Of a stretch of 34,828 nt of DNA, positions 1 to 9,432 are shown one piece after another; positions within the stretch are counted from its first letter, which is position 1, and each line of letters begins with the position of its first letter. The stretch covers positions 1-34,828 of the forward strand of contig CAZJUE010000004.1 in the NCBI GenBank assembly GCA_964549025.1. Reading direction: 5' to 3'. The notes below the pieces were generated by a model. It saw nothing but the letters and a program-made list of their open reading frames with translations. It was not told the origin of the DNA and made no database searches. Both the position numbers and the translations under genes were made by a program. The DNA is from an uncultured Anaerolineaceae bacterium (GTDB lineage Bacteria; Chloroflexota; Anaerolineae; Anaerolineales; E44-bin32).

Positions 1-128
1 TGCAGGGCGACTTTCCTGTGGCGCAGGCGATCGTCGGGCTGGCGGCGGTGGCCTACGTGACCAGCCAATTGCTGGCTGACGGGGTCGGTTGGGCGCTCGA
101 TCCGCGTACCCGTGAGGCCGCGCAGTGA
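1..128 (+). CDS. ABC transporter permease, C-terminal fragment (DppB/OppB-type), 5' end outside window
   Basis: Frame 3 reads ...QGDFPVAQAIVGLAAVAYVTSQLLADGVGWALDPRTREAAQ*. The ...LDPR.R tail is typical of peptide/nickel-family permease C-termini. Its TGA (126-128) overlaps the GTG start of the next permease (GTGA). Confidence 0.7.
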   Translation, partial: QGDFPVAQAIVGLAAVAYVTSQLLADGVGWALDPRTREAAQ

Positions 129-901
129 TTGCCCGCCGGGCCAGCGCGATCTGGCTCTTGTCGGTGTTGGCAGCCGCCCTGCTGGCTGGCGCACTATCCC
201 CGCATTCCGCTACTGAAGTGGTTGCAGGTCCGCTGGCCGCTCCCAGCTGGGAGCTGCCGCTGGGCGCCGACGCGCTAGGCCGCAGCTTCCTGTCCCGCAT
301 GCTTTACGGAGCGCGCACCTCGCTCGGCCTGGCCGGACTATCGATTGTGCTGACGGTCATGGTCGGCACCGCAACTGGCTTCATCGCCGCGGGGCTTGGT
401 GGGCCGCCGGAACGCGGGGTGTTGTGGGTCGCCAACGTCTTCCTGGCGGTACCGGGATTGCTTCTGGCGCTGCTGTTGGTGGCGGCTCTCGGACCAAGCG
501 TGACGGCGGTAGTGCTGGCGGTGGGCATCGGCGGCGTACCCGGCTTCACCCGGGTCGCCCGCTCATTGCTGGCCCAAGTATTGAAGGAGGGCTACGTTAG
601 CGCGGCGCGGGCCGCCGGCGGCAGCTTGCGGTGGATCGGCGTCCGGCACGTGCTGCCCAATGCGCTGCCACAGCTCGGCGCGCTGACCGGCACCTATTTC
701 GCCTGGGCCTTCATCAGCGCCACCACACTGACCTTCCTGGGGCTGGCGGGCGACCCGTCATTGCCGGAGTGGGGCGCCATGCTGGATGCCAGCCGTCCGT
801 ATCTCACCAGCGCGCCGCGCCTGGCAGTTGCGCCTGCGGTCTGTATCAGCTTGACCATCCTGGCGATTCACAACCTGCTGCAAGCCGAGCCGGTGCGCTG
901 A
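125..901 (+). CDS. ABC transporter permease (DppC/OppC-type, peptide/nickel family)
   Basis: 258-aa polytopic membrane protein. The segment ARTSLGLAGLSIVLTVMVGTATGFIAAGLGG...FLAVPGLLLALLLVAALGP matches the binding-protein-dependent transport inner-membrane component fold. It is start/stop coupled to the upstream permease. Confidence 0.8.
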   Translation: MIARRASAIWLLSVLAAALLAGALSPHSATEVVAGPLAAPSWELPLGADALGRSFLSRMLYGARTSLGLAGLSIVLTVMVGTATGFIAAGLGGPPERGVLWVANVFLAVPGLLLALLLVAALGPSVTAVVLAVGIGGVPGFTRVARSLLAQVLKEGYVSAARAAGGSLRWIGVRHVLPNALPQLGALTGTYFAWAFISATTLTFLGLAGDPSLPEWGAMLDASRPYLTSAPRLAVAPAVCISLTILAIHNLLQAEPVR

Positions 902-1052
902 GGCGCGCGCTGTCGCGTTGCCGACACCGCATCACCTGCCAGCCGACTACGGCTGCCAGTCCGGCTCGCATCGAGCGTTGGGCGCGGGCACTATGGCGGC
1001 CTGCCGACTACTATCGTGGGCCAAGTGAGTTTGGTATGCTGGCTCGCACATC

Positions 1053-2039
1053 ATGAGCGAACCCTTCCTGGTCCTACTTGGCCTGGCGCTGGTTTTCGAC
1101 TTCCTCAACGGTTTTCACGACAGCTCGAATATCGTAGCCACCGTGATTTCCTCGCGGGCGATGCGGCCGCGGGCGGCGCTGATTTTGGCCGCGCTGGCCG
1201 AATTCGCCGGGCCATTCCTGTTTGGCGTGGCGGTGGCCACCACCGTCGGTACCGAGCTGCTCGACACATCGGCCTTGCAGGTGTCGGTGGTGATCGCCGC
1301 ACTGGCGGCGGCAGTGATCTGGAATCTGCTCACCTGGTACCTGGGAATCCCCTCCTCCTCTTCCCACGCTTTGTTGGGCGGGCTGCTGGGCGCCGCGTTG
1401 TTAGGCGCCGGCCCGCAGGTCGTGCGTCTGGAAGGGTTACTCAAGATCTTGCTGGCGCTATTCCTTTCCCCGGTGGCCGGGCTGCTCGTCGGCTTCCTGG
1501 TGATGCGCCTTACCCGCTGGCTGGTTCGCAACGCCCCGCCCCGCATCAACACCGCCTTTCGCACCGGTCAAATCCTGACATTGCTTGGGCTGGGATTGAG
1601 TCACGGTACCAACGACGCGCAGAAGACCATGGGCGTGATCACGCTTGGGCTGGTCGCAACCGGGTTGCAGGACGAGTTTGTCGTACCGATATGGGTGATC
1701 GCGGTCAGCGCCGGCGCGATCGCGCTGGGCACCTCGTTCGGAGGTTGGCGCCTGATCCGCACCCTGGGCGCCCGCATGTACCGCATCCGGCCGATCAATG
1801 GGTTCACCTCGCAGATCACCGGAGCCGGGGTGATCCTCGGGGCCGCGCTATTGGGCGGCCCGGTGAGCACCACGCAAGTGATGAGCTCATCGATCGTCGG
1901 CGTAGGCGCCGGCGAACGCATCAACAAGGTGCGTTGGAACATCCTGGGGGATATGGTCGTGGCCTGGCTGCTCACCATCCCGGTGACCGCCGGGTTGGCC
2001 GCGCTGGCGTATCTGGGGATCAGCGCGCTGTTGAGATAG
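1053..2039 (+). CDS. pit: Inorganic phosphate transporter, PiT (PHO4) family
   Basis: 328 aa. N-terminal FDFLNGFHDSSNIVATVISSRAM and internal GTNDAQKTMGVI are the duplicated PiT signature motifs. The protein is multi-TM. Confidence 0.9.
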   Translation: MSEPFLVLLGLALVFDFLNGFHDSSNIVATVISSRAMRPRAALILAALAEFAGPFLFGVAVATTVGTELLDTSALQVSVVIAALAAAVIWNLLTWYLGIPSSSSHALLGGLLGAALLGAGPQVVRLEGLLKILLALFLSPVAGLLVGFLVMRLTRWLVRNAPPRINTAFRTGQILTLLGLGLSHGTNDAQKTMGVITLGLVATGLQDEFVVPIWVIAVSAGAIALGTSFGGWRLIRTLGARMYRIRPINGFTSQITGAGVILGAALLGGPVSTTQVMSSSIVGVGAGERINKVRWNILGDMVVAWLLTIPVTAGLAALAYLGISALLR

Positions 2040-2042
2040 ACG

Positions 2043-2064
2043 AGGCCAGATCCGGCTCTGGCCT
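2043..2064. terminator. Stem-loop between convergent pit and miaA
   Basis: aggccag-N8-ctggcct (7-bp stem) lies just after the pit stop. A second short palindrome ggcaagcgcttgcc follows at about 2074-2087. There is no strong T-tract. Confidence 0.35.
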
Positions 2065-2100
2065 GGTAGCGGGGCAAGCGCTTGCCGCCGCCGACTTGCT

Positions 2101-3051
2101 TTAGTCCGGCGGCAGAGTGTCTTCTTCTGTCGAGGATTCCTCCAACCAGGCCCGGATCCGCTCGATCAACCGATTGACAACCCCCTGTCGCGCCTCGTAC
2201 CACTCGATCCGCGGATCGTCCGCCTTGAACCAATTCGCCTGACGCCGAACAAACTGGCGTGAGCGGCGCCGCATCTGCTGCACCGCCACCGCCATGCTGA
2301 TTTCGCCCCGCAGGTGAGCGGCGATCTGCTTGTAGCCGATGGCCGACATCGGCGGATGGTCCGGCGAGATGCCGCGATCCAGCAACTGTTGCACCTCGTC
2401 GACCAGCCCGGCCAGCAGCATGCGGTCGATCCGTTGGTCGATGCGCCGGTACAGCTCGTCGCGCGGCAAGTTGAGCCCGACACGCAGGATACGGTACTCG
2501 GGCGGTTCGGCGCCGCGCACTTCGCTGGCGGCCGAGCCGGTCAACTCGAACACCTCCAACGCCCGCGCTACCCGCCGCACGTTGGCGGCGTCGATCTCGG
2601 AGGCGCTGGTCGGATCGACTTCCTTCAAGCGCTCGTGCAGCGCGTCCGGCCCATGCAGCTCGGCGAACGACTCCAGCACTCGCCGCAAGCTCTCGTCCCC
2701 CGCCGCCGGTGGCGGGGCCCAGCCCTCCAGAATGGCGGTGACGTACTGCCCGGTTCCGCCGACTAGGATCGGCAGCTTGCCCGCGGCTTGAACCTGGGAG
2801 ATGGCCTGGTTGGCGGCACGCTTGAAGCGCACCAGGTTCCAGGCTTCGTCCGGCTCGGCGACGTCGATCAGGTGGTGCGGCACCTGCTTGCGCTGGGCGG
2901 GCGTCGGTTTGGCGGTGCCAATGTCCATCCCACGGTACAGCAGGCGCGAATCGGCAGATACGATCTCGGCCCCCAGCGCCGCCGCCACCTCGATCGAGAT
3001 TTGAGTCTTGCCGACCGCGGTGGGTCCGATGATGGCTACTAAGTTGTGCAT
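2101..3051 (-). CDS. miaA: tRNA dimethylallyltransferase (tRNA isopentenyltransferase)
   Basis: P-loop IIGPTAVGKT, ADSRLLYRGMDIGTAKP, GGTGQY and a C-terminal arm typical of MiaA. I prefer the ATG at 3051 (MHNLVAIIG...) because GGGGAGCGAGG sits 3-8 nt upstream. The longer ORF-track start (3093) lacks an SD and overlaps yraN. Confidence 0.9.
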   Translation of the reverse strand: MHNLVAIIGPTAVGKTQISIEVAAALGAEIVSADSRLLYRGMDIGTAKPTPAQRKQVPHHLIDVAEPDEAWNLVRFKRAANQAISQVQAAGKLPILVGGTGQYVTAILEGWAPPPAAGDESLRRVLESFAELHGPDALHERLKEVDPTSASEIDAANVRRVARALEVFELTGSAASEVRGAEPPEYRILRVGLNLPRDELYRRIDQRIDRMLLAGLVDEVQQLLDRGISPDHPPMSAIGYKQIAAHLRGEISMAVAVQQMRRRSRQFVRRQANWFKADDPRIEWYEARQGVVNRLIERIRAWLEESSTEEDTLPPD

Positions 3052-3082
3052 CGCCTCGCTCCCCGCTGGACTCCGCTCCCCT

Positions 3083-3469
3083 TCAACGCCCATCGACCGC
3101 GCTTTCGATGTGTTCGATTCGCGCCGGCTCGGCGCGACGGTTCAGATCGATGGCCACCACGTCGATCCGCCACTGTGCGTTATGGCGGCCAACACTGTTC
3201 AGATAAGCATAAGCGGTTTGGATCAACTTGCGCTGCTTGCGGGCGGTGATCGCTTCCTCCGGGGGTCCGAATCGGTGGCTGCGCCGGGTCTTGACCTCGA
3301 CGAACACCAATTCCTGATCCTTCTCGACGATCAGGTCGATCTCTCCTTTGCGCCAGCGCCAGTTGCGCGCCAGGATACGATATCCGCGCTCTCCCAAATA
3401 GCGCTCCGCCAGGCGCTCGCCACGGCGCCCTACCGAATGCGGATCGAGCGGCTCTGGTACCGAGGTCAT
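3083..3469 (-). CDS. yraN: YraN family protein (UPF0102, predicted endonuclease fold)
   Basis: GRRGERLAERYLGERGYRILARNWRWRKGEIDLIVEKDQELVFVEVKTRR is the YraN core. The start is uncertain: the ATG at 3469 gives 128 aa, with an alternative ATG at 3532. Confidence 0.8.
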   Translation of the reverse strand: MTSVPEPLDPHSVGRRGERLAERYLGERGYRILARNWRWRKGEIDLIVEKDQELVFVEVKTRRSHRFGPPEEAITARKQRKLIQTAYAYLNSVGRHNAQWRIDVVAIDLNRRAEPARIEHIESAVDGR

Positions 3470-3691
3470 ACCCAGAATGCTAGCACAGCCATTGGTTGAC
3501 AGCCTACTTAACCCACGTTTAGAATGTAGCATCAACGTTGAAGCGGCCGAGCCCCTCTCGGCCGCGACCGCATCCGTTATGCGATGCGCCTTGAGTAAGG
3601 AGGAGACACGCCGTCGACAACCTCATATTCTCATTTAATTCGCACTTGGCCAAGTCCTGGAGAGAAGGTCCGAATAGGAGGAGGAAGACTC

Positions 3692-4900
3692 ATGAATCGT
3701 AAGTTCTTTATCTTTGGCGGAGTAGCGCTGATCGCTCTGGTGCTGGCCGCCTGTGGTGGCGCCGAATTCGAGTGTGCTGACGAGATCGGCTGTGTGACCT
3801 ATGGGCCGGATGAGCCGATCCGCATCGCTTCAGCCCTGGTGATCTCTGGTGCCAACGAGCAGCTCGGCCTCGACTCGCAGTACGGCGTGGAGATCGCCAT
3901 CGACTTCCGCGGCGAGGTCAGCGGGCACAGCGTCGAGCTCCAGGCCGAGGACGATGGCTGCAACGCCGAGGGCGGCCAGGCCGCCGGGCAGAAGATCGTC
4001 TCCGACCCGACCATCGTCGGCGTCGTCGGGACCAGCTGCTCAGGTGCCGGTGTGCCAATGTCCACCGTGGTCTCGGAAGCCGGTTACTTCATGGTTTCGC
4101 CATCTAACACCTCCCCGGTGTTGACCGACCCCGACAATGCCTGGAATCCGGGCTATCTGCGGACGGCCCACAACGACCGGGTGCAGGGCGCGGCGATCGC
4201 CGACTTCGCCTACAACGAAATCGGCGCGCGAACTGCGGCGGCGATCCACGATGGCGATCCGTATACGCAGGGCTTGACCAACGCCTTCCGCAATTCCTTT
4301 GAGGAGCTTGGTGGAGAGATCGTTGAGTACACCGCGGTAAACGTCGGCGACACCGACATGCGCCCGGTGCTCACGGCCGTGGCGGCCGCCGAGCCGGACT
4401 TCATGTACTATCCGATCTTCACGGCTGAATGCGCGTTCATCTCCAAGCAGTCGCTCGAAGTTGCCGGGCTCGAGAATACGGTCCGTGCGGCGGCAGATGG
4501 ATGCATTTCGCAGGATGCTGCAGAGGCGATCGGGCCGGATGCGGCTTCCGGAATGTACTTCTCCGGGCCGGACATTTCCTTTGACAATCCGCTCTATGAC
4601 GATTTCAAGGCTGCCTATCTGGAGAAGTACGGTGTTGAAGTGCTCTCCGTTTTCCATGCACACGCGTTCGACGCGACCAACATGATCTTCGACTGCATCG
4701 AACAAGTTGGTACGCTGGATAGCGACAACACGCTGCACATCGGCCGACAGGACATGCGTGACTGCCTGTACGCAACCTCTGGGTTTGATGGCATCACCGG
4801 CACGTTGACCTGCGATCAATATGGTGACTGCGCCGATCCGAAGATCACCGTCTCAGCGATCGCGGACGGCACAACCGAATACCAGGCCATCTGGCCGTAA
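3692..4900 (+). CDS. ABC transporter substrate-binding lipoprotein, branched-chain/hydrophobic amino-acid type (LivJ/K, Peripla_BP_6-like)
   Basis: Strong SD (AGGAGGAGG) lies upstream of the ATG. Lipoprotein signal ...LVLAAC|GG. The core IRIASALVISGANEQLGLDSQYGVEIAIDF...VVGTSCSGAG...MVSPSNTSP is typical of LivJ-like SBPs. It heads a livHMGF operon. Confidence 0.85.
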   Translation: MNRKFFIFGGVALIALVLAACGGAEFECADEIGCVTYGPDEPIRIASALVISGANEQLGLDSQYGVEIAIDFRGEVSGHSVELQAEDDGCNAEGGQAAGQKIVSDPTIVGVVGTSCSGAGVPMSTVVSEAGYFMVSPSNTSPVLTDPDNAWNPGYLRTAHNDRVQGAAIADFAYNEIGARTAAAIHDGDPYTQGLTNAFRNSFEELGGEIVEYTAVNVGDTDMRPVLTAVAAAEPDFMYYPIFTAECAFISKQSLEVAGLENTVRAAADGCISQDAAEAIGPDAASGMYFSGPDISFDNPLYDDFKAAYLEKYGVEVLSVFHAHAFDATNMIFDCIEQVGTLDSDNTLHIGRQDMRDCLYATSGFDGITGTLTCDQYGDCADPKITVSAIADGTTEYQAIWP

Positions 4901-4954
4901 TCCAACACCTGGCGGCGGGAGCTATCGACGCTGAAACAGGGTTGGTGCAATACA

Positions 4955-4986
4955 AGGGATGGACCCGCAGTACGGGGTCCATCCCT
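4955..4986 (+). promoter_or_regulatory. Intercistronic stem-loop between the SBP gene and livH
   Basis: agggatggaccc-gcagtacg-gggtccatccct, an 11-12-bp perfect stem, with no T-run after it. Its position after the SBP gene is the usual place for a partial terminator or mRNA-stabilising hairpin that uncouples SBP from permease stoichiometry. Confidence 0.45.
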
Positions 4987-5005
4987 ACCTTGATGGAGTC
5001 CTTGG

Positions 5006-6067
5006 ATGAGGTCACGGCTGCAGAATCTAGATTACATTAGTCTTTTCCTGTGGATTGTGCGCGCACTGATCATCGCGGTCGTCATCGCAGGCACCGTCTC
5101 CACAATCCTCGAGAATCCATACAGTCAACGACAGTGGACCGACTTTCTGATCTTCGGCGTCGCTCAGGGCAGCATGTATGCCCTGATTGCCATCGGGTAC
5201 ACGCTAGTCTACGGCGTGCTGTTCATGATCAATTTCGCGCATGGCGAGTTCTTTATGTCCGGCATCCTGACCGCCACCGTGTTTCTGGCTGGTCCGATGT
5301 CGGATTCGGGTTTCTTGGACCAAAATCCGGTGCTGGGCTTGTTGATCATCGGTGTCGTATCGATGCTGGTTTCGGTGGGCATTGCGCTGCTAACGGAGCG
5401 GATCGCCTACCGCCCGCTGCGCAAGGCGCCCCGCCTGGTACCGTTGATCACCGCCATCGGGGCCTCGTTCTTCTGGCAAAACTTCTTTCGTAGCCTATTG
5501 GGATCCGGGCAGCATCCCTTTCCGCAAATTGAGCTGCTGAGTGGAACGATTCCGTTCCTGGGAACCGGGATCCTTAAGACTCACATCGTTGTTATCATCG
5601 CCACAATCCTTATGTTGATTGGGCTGAACTTTTTCATTCTGCGTACCAAGACCGGCAAAGCGATTCGGGCGGTAGCCGAGGACAAGGATACGGCTGCGCT
5701 GATGGGGATCGATGTTGACCGGACAGTATCGATCACTTTTGCCACCGGTGCGGCGATGGCCGGGGTAGCCGGCCTGCTGTACGCACTGGTCTTTCGACAG
5801 CTGCACTTCTTCATGGGCTTCTTCCCAGGCTTAAAGGCATTTACCGCCGCGGTGCTGGGCGGGATTGGCAGCATCCCCGGCGCGGCGGTCGGTGGGCTGT
5901 TCCTTGGCATGTTTGAGTCGATTGGGCCCAGCCTGTTCCTGCAAAGCCTGGGCATCCCGGCCTTCAACCAGTTGAAGGACGTGATCGCCTTCGTCATGTT
6001 GGTCTTCGTCCTGATCTTCCGTCCCCAGGGAATCTTGGGCGAGCGGCTTGCCGAGCAGAAGGCCTGA
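5006..6067 (+). CDS. livH: Branched-chain amino acid ABC transporter permease
   Basis: 353 aa and multi-TM. YALIAIGYTLVYGVLFMINFAHGEFFM and ...AVAEDKDTAALMGIDVDR... are LivH hallmarks. Confidence 0.9.
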   Translation: MRSRLQNLDYISLFLWIVRALIIAVVIAGTVSTILENPYSQRQWTDFLIFGVAQGSMYALIAIGYTLVYGVLFMINFAHGEFFMSGILTATVFLAGPMSDSGFLDQNPVLGLLIIGVVSMLVSVGIALLTERIAYRPLRKAPRLVPLITAIGASFFWQNFFRSLLGSGQHPFPQIELLSGTIPFLGTGILKTHIVVIIATILMLIGLNFFILRTKTGKAIRAVAEDKDTAALMGIDVDRTVSITFATGAAMAGVAGLLYALVFRQLHFFMGFFPGLKAFTAAVLGGIGSIPGAAVGGLFLGMFESIGPSLFLQSLGIPAFNQLKDVIAFVMLVFVLIFRPQGILGERLAEQKA

Positions 6068-6075
6068 GCTGAGCG

Positions 6076-7773
6076 ATGAGCATCCTGGGAACTGATCTGC
6101 GACCCGTACTGAAATCCGGATCGATCGCCGGCTTGGTATCGCTGTTGCTAAGCGCAATGGGGGTGGTCGAGCTGTTCGGCCAACGTGAGTTGATCGCCGG
6201 CGTGCTCACGCTGGGGGAAGTCATCCTGATGCTGCCGATCGCCCTGCTGGCTTTTATGGCGGCGCGCAATACTGGAGAGCGGCGCGGTTTTGTCCCGGTT
6301 CTGCACGGCCTGGTGGTTGGGCTGGTGGCCAGCATTCCCTTGATCATCCTCATCGTCGCTGCCAATGCGGTCAATTTGCGGGAATTCTTCCCCAATGTCT
6401 CACCGGCCTCAATTGCGCTGCTGACCTTCGACATGGAGCCGTCCACCGGCGGCCTGCTGCTGGTCTTCACCGCCACTGCGGTTGGGGTGGCCGCTGCGGT
6501 GCTCTACACGCTCCCCTATCGCTACCAGCGGCCACTGCTGATGGGCCTGATCTTCACCCTGACCGCCGGCATGTTCTCCGAAATCCTCGCCGGCCGGCTG
6601 CGGGACTTCTTCGGTCTGGCCTTCAGCCGTGCGGTGTTCAGCGGCAAAGCGCTCTTTCCCGCCGTGGCAGCGCTGCTTTTCATTGTGGTGGCTGGGATGA
6701 ACTATTGGTGGATCATGCGGCGCGACCAGCTCCAGAGTCGCTTTGAGGCACTGCCGGAGTCGCAGCAGCTCCGCTACCGCCGCTATGCGTTGGGCGCCGG
6801 CATCCTGTTCCTGCTGGGGCTCCCGTTTCTACTGGGAACTTACCTCAGCGAGGTGATTAACAACGTCGGTATCTTCATCCTGATGGGTTTGGGCCTCAAC
6901 ATCGTCGTGGGTTTCGCTGGCCTGCTGGATTTGGGCTATGTGGCTTTCTATGCCATCGGCGCATACAGCATGGCTGTGCTCACTTCGCAGGGGGACCTGG
7001 GCCTGTTTGGGCTCAGCTTCTGGGCAGCGATCCCGATCTGCATCTTGATCGCCGCTACCGCCGGCATCGTGCTGGGAATCCCGGTGCTGCGGATGCGCGG
7101 GGACTATTTGGCAATCGTCACGCTGGGCTTCGGCGAGATCATCCGCCTGCTGGCGATTTCCGACATGATGTCGCCGTTGATCGGTGGCGCCCAGGGGGTA
7201 TTGAGGATTCCCAAACCTCCGCTGGGCAGCATCGCGCTGGTGCAGCCGGAGCAGTTCTACTACATCGTCCTGGCCGGCTGTCTGATTGCAGTGTTCGTCT
7301 CTAGACGGCTCAGCGATTCGCGCCTTGGCCGGCAGTGGATGGCGATGCGTGAAGACGAAGACGTCGCGGAGGCAATGGGCATTCGCCTGGTCACCACCAA
7401 GCTGCTGGCTTTCGCCATTGGTGCCGCCTTCTCGGGGTTGGCGGGGGCGCTGTTGGCAAGCAAACTCACCTCGATATTCCCACACAGCTTCAAGCTGGAA
7501 ATCTCGATCAATGTGCTGAGCCTGATTATCATCGGCGGCATCGGCAGCCTGCCGGGTGTGGTGGTGGGCGCGCTGATCCTGGTGGGGCTACCGGAACTGT
7601 TGCGCGAGTTCGCCGAGTACCGGTTGCTGATGTACGGAGCCTTGCTGGTGATCATGATGCTTGCCAAACCAGAGGGATTCCTGCCTTCGGCGGTCAGGAA
7701 GCGGGAGATGCATGCCGGCGAGGAGCAGCCGGTCGACGAACCGCAGGCAGTAACGGTCGGTGCGCAGGACTGA
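6076..7773 (+). CDS. livM: Branched-chain amino acid ABC transporter permease with a long N-terminal membrane extension
   Basis: The C-terminal ~330 aa (GLNIVVGFAGLLDLGYVAFYAIGAY...MREDEDVAEAMGI...) is LivM-like. It is preceded by about 230 aa of extra predicted TM helices. Confidence 0.85.
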   Translation: MSILGTDLRPVLKSGSIAGLVSLLLSAMGVVELFGQRELIAGVLTLGEVILMLPIALLAFMAARNTGERRGFVPVLHGLVVGLVASIPLIILIVAANAVNLREFFPNVSPASIALLTFDMEPSTGGLLLVFTATAVGVAAAVLYTLPYRYQRPLLMGLIFTLTAGMFSEILAGRLRDFFGLAFSRAVFSGKALFPAVAALLFIVVAGMNYWWIMRRDQLQSRFEALPESQQLRYRRYALGAGILFLLGLPFLLGTYLSEVINNVGIFILMGLGLNIVVGFAGLLDLGYVAFYAIGAYSMAVLTSQGDLGLFGLSFWAAIPICILIAATAGIVLGIPVLRMRGDYLAIVTLGFGEIIRLLAISDMMSPLIGGAQGVLRIPKPPLGSIALVQPEQFYYIVLAGCLIAVFVSRRLSDSRLGRQWMAMREDEDVAEAMGIRLVTTKLLAFAIGAAFSGLAGALLASKLTSIFPHSFKLEISINVLSLIIIGGIGSLPGVVVGALILVGLPELLREFAEYRLLMYGALLVIMMLAKPEGFLPSAVRKREMHAGEEQPVDEPQAVTVGAQD

Positions 7774-7776
7774 TTC

Positions 7777-8583
7777 ATGAGCGCGCTCCTATTCGCCGAA
7801 AATGTAACCAAGAGCTTCGGGGGGTTGGACGCGGTGCAGCACTTCAGCGTTGATGTGCAGCAAGGCGCCATCGACAGCATCATTGGCCCCAATGGGGCGG
7901 GCAAGACCACCTTCTTCAATTGTGTGACCGGCTTTTACCAGATCGATGCGGGTGAGATCTATTTTGAGGGCAAGCGTGTCGACGGGCTTGCACCCGATGA
8001 AATCGCCCACCTGCGAATTTCCAGGACCTATCAAAACATTCGCCTGTTCGCCAACATGACCGCCATCGAGAACATCCTGGTCGGAATGGAGCCGCGGCTG
8101 CACTCGAACTGGATTGGGGCGATAGCCGGCTCAACCGGGACCCGGGAGGAGGAGGAATTCGCTCTCAACGAAGCCACCCGGTTGCTGGACTTCGTCGGGT
8201 TAACCGGTCGTGGAGATCAGCTGGCAAGCAGCCTGGTGTACGGCGATCAGCGGCGGCTCGAGATCGCACGTGCACTGTCCTCCGAGCCCAAACTGCTCCT
8301 GCTGGACGAACCTACCGCCGGGATGAACCCTCATGAATCAGCTGAAACGATGCATTTTATCAAGCGCTTGCGCGATGAGTTGGGAATCACCATCCTGCTG
8401 ATCGAGCACGACATGCGGGTGGTGATGGGCATCAGCGAAAACATCAGCGTAATGGATTTCGGCATCAAGATCGCCGAAGGCGGACCGCACGAGATCCAGC
8501 GCAACCCGGAGGTGATCGAGGCCTATCTGGGGCGCGGTTCGGCGGCTGGTCTGCAACTGGAATCCGATATGGCCGAAGGGTAG
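7777..8583 (+). CDS. livG: Branched-chain amino acid ABC transporter ATP-binding protein
   Basis: Walker A GPNGAGKTT, signature/Walker B ...LLLLDEPTAGMNP, and a C-terminal BCA_ABC_TP_C-like tail NPEVIEAYLG. Confidence 0.9.
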   Translation: MSALLFAENVTKSFGGLDAVQHFSVDVQQGAIDSIIGPNGAGKTTFFNCVTGFYQIDAGEIYFEGKRVDGLAPDEIAHLRISRTYQNIRLFANMTAIENILVGMEPRLHSNWIGAIAGSTGTREEEEFALNEATRLLDFVGLTGRGDQLASSLVYGDQRRLEIARALSSEPKLLLLDEPTAGMNPHESAETMHFIKRLRDELGITILLIEHDMRVVMGISENISVMDFGIKIAEGGPHEIQRNPEVIEAYLGRGSAAGLQLESDMAEG

Positions 8584-8597
8584 CGAGGCCAATATCC

Positions 8598-9311
8598 ATG
8601 GCGATGCTGGAAGTCACCGACATCCACAGCTACTACGGCAATATCCATGCGCTAAAGGGCATTTCGCTCACTGTGGAGAATGGCGAAATCGTCACGTTGA
8701 TTGGCGCCAATGGCGCCGGCAAGAGCACTACCTTGAAAACAATCAGCGGGCTGCTCAAACCACGCCACGGAAAGGTGATCCTGGACGGCGAGGACCTGCA
8801 TGAATACCCGGCCCACGAGATTGTCGATAAAGGCGTTTCTATGGTTCCCGAGGGTCGCGGGGTATTCTCCAAGCTGACTGTCAGCGAAAACCTGGACATG
8901 GGCGCTTTTCGCCGGACCGACACCGATACGATCTCCACCGACTTGGAACGCGTCTTCACGCTGTTTCCCCGCCTAAAAGAACGCAGGAGCCAGATCGCCG
9001 GCACGCTTAGTGGTGGCGAGCAGCAGATGCTGGCCACTGCACGTGCAATGATGGCCCGACCACGATTGTTGCTGATGGACGAGCCATCGATGGGCCTGGC
9101 ACCGGTGCTGGTCGAAAACGTTTTCGAGACCATCGTGGAAATCAACAAAGAAGGCACTACGATCCTGTTGGTTGAACAAAACGCCCACATGGCGCTTCAG
9201 ATCGCCGGCCGGGGTTACGTGCTGCAGACCGGCGAGATCGTGCTCAGTGGACAGTGCAGCATGCTGGCCGAGGATCCGATGGTGCAGCAGGCCTATCTGG
9301 GGATCAACTAG
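8598..9311 (+). CDS. livF: Branched-chain amino acid ABC transporter ATP-binding protein
   Basis: Walker A GANGAGKST, LSGGEQQML signature, LLLMDEPSMGLAP Walker B, and the tail DPMVQQAYLG. Confidence 0.9.
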   Translation: MAMLEVTDIHSYYGNIHALKGISLTVENGEIVTLIGANGAGKSTTLKTISGLLKPRHGKVILDGEDLHEYPAHEIVDKGVSMVPEGRGVFSKLTVSENLDMGAFRRTDTDTISTDLERVFTLFPRLKERRSQIAGTLSGGEQQMLATARAMMARPRLLLMDEPSMGLAPVLVENVFETIVEINKEGTTILLVEQNAHMALQIAGRGYVLQTGEIVLSGQCSMLAEDPMVQQAYLGIN

Positions 9312-9432
9312 CGACCGGTCTTGCCGCAACCGCAACAGCCAGTCTTCCCAAAACGCCACCCCAATATCGCCCGTCGTACAATCACACCCTAGCGCCGCTC
9401 ATGCACCATGCTGCGGCGTGTGTCCTTGAACC

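Noticed and set aside
1016-2104. 362-aa plus-strand ORF overlapping the PiT gene in another frame
   Set aside because: The PiT frame carries the duplicated GxNDxxK/FHDSSN signatures. This alternative frame is Arg/Gly-rich with no recognisable motif.
3597-3605. Strong SD-like AAGGAGGAG, suggesting a small hidden ORF upstream of the liv operon
   Set aside because: There is no ATG, GTG or TTG within a usable distance downstream, so no micro-ORF can be supported.
4040-4819. 259-aa minus-strand ORF
   Set aside because: It is antisense to the LivJ-like SBP gene and has no motifs.
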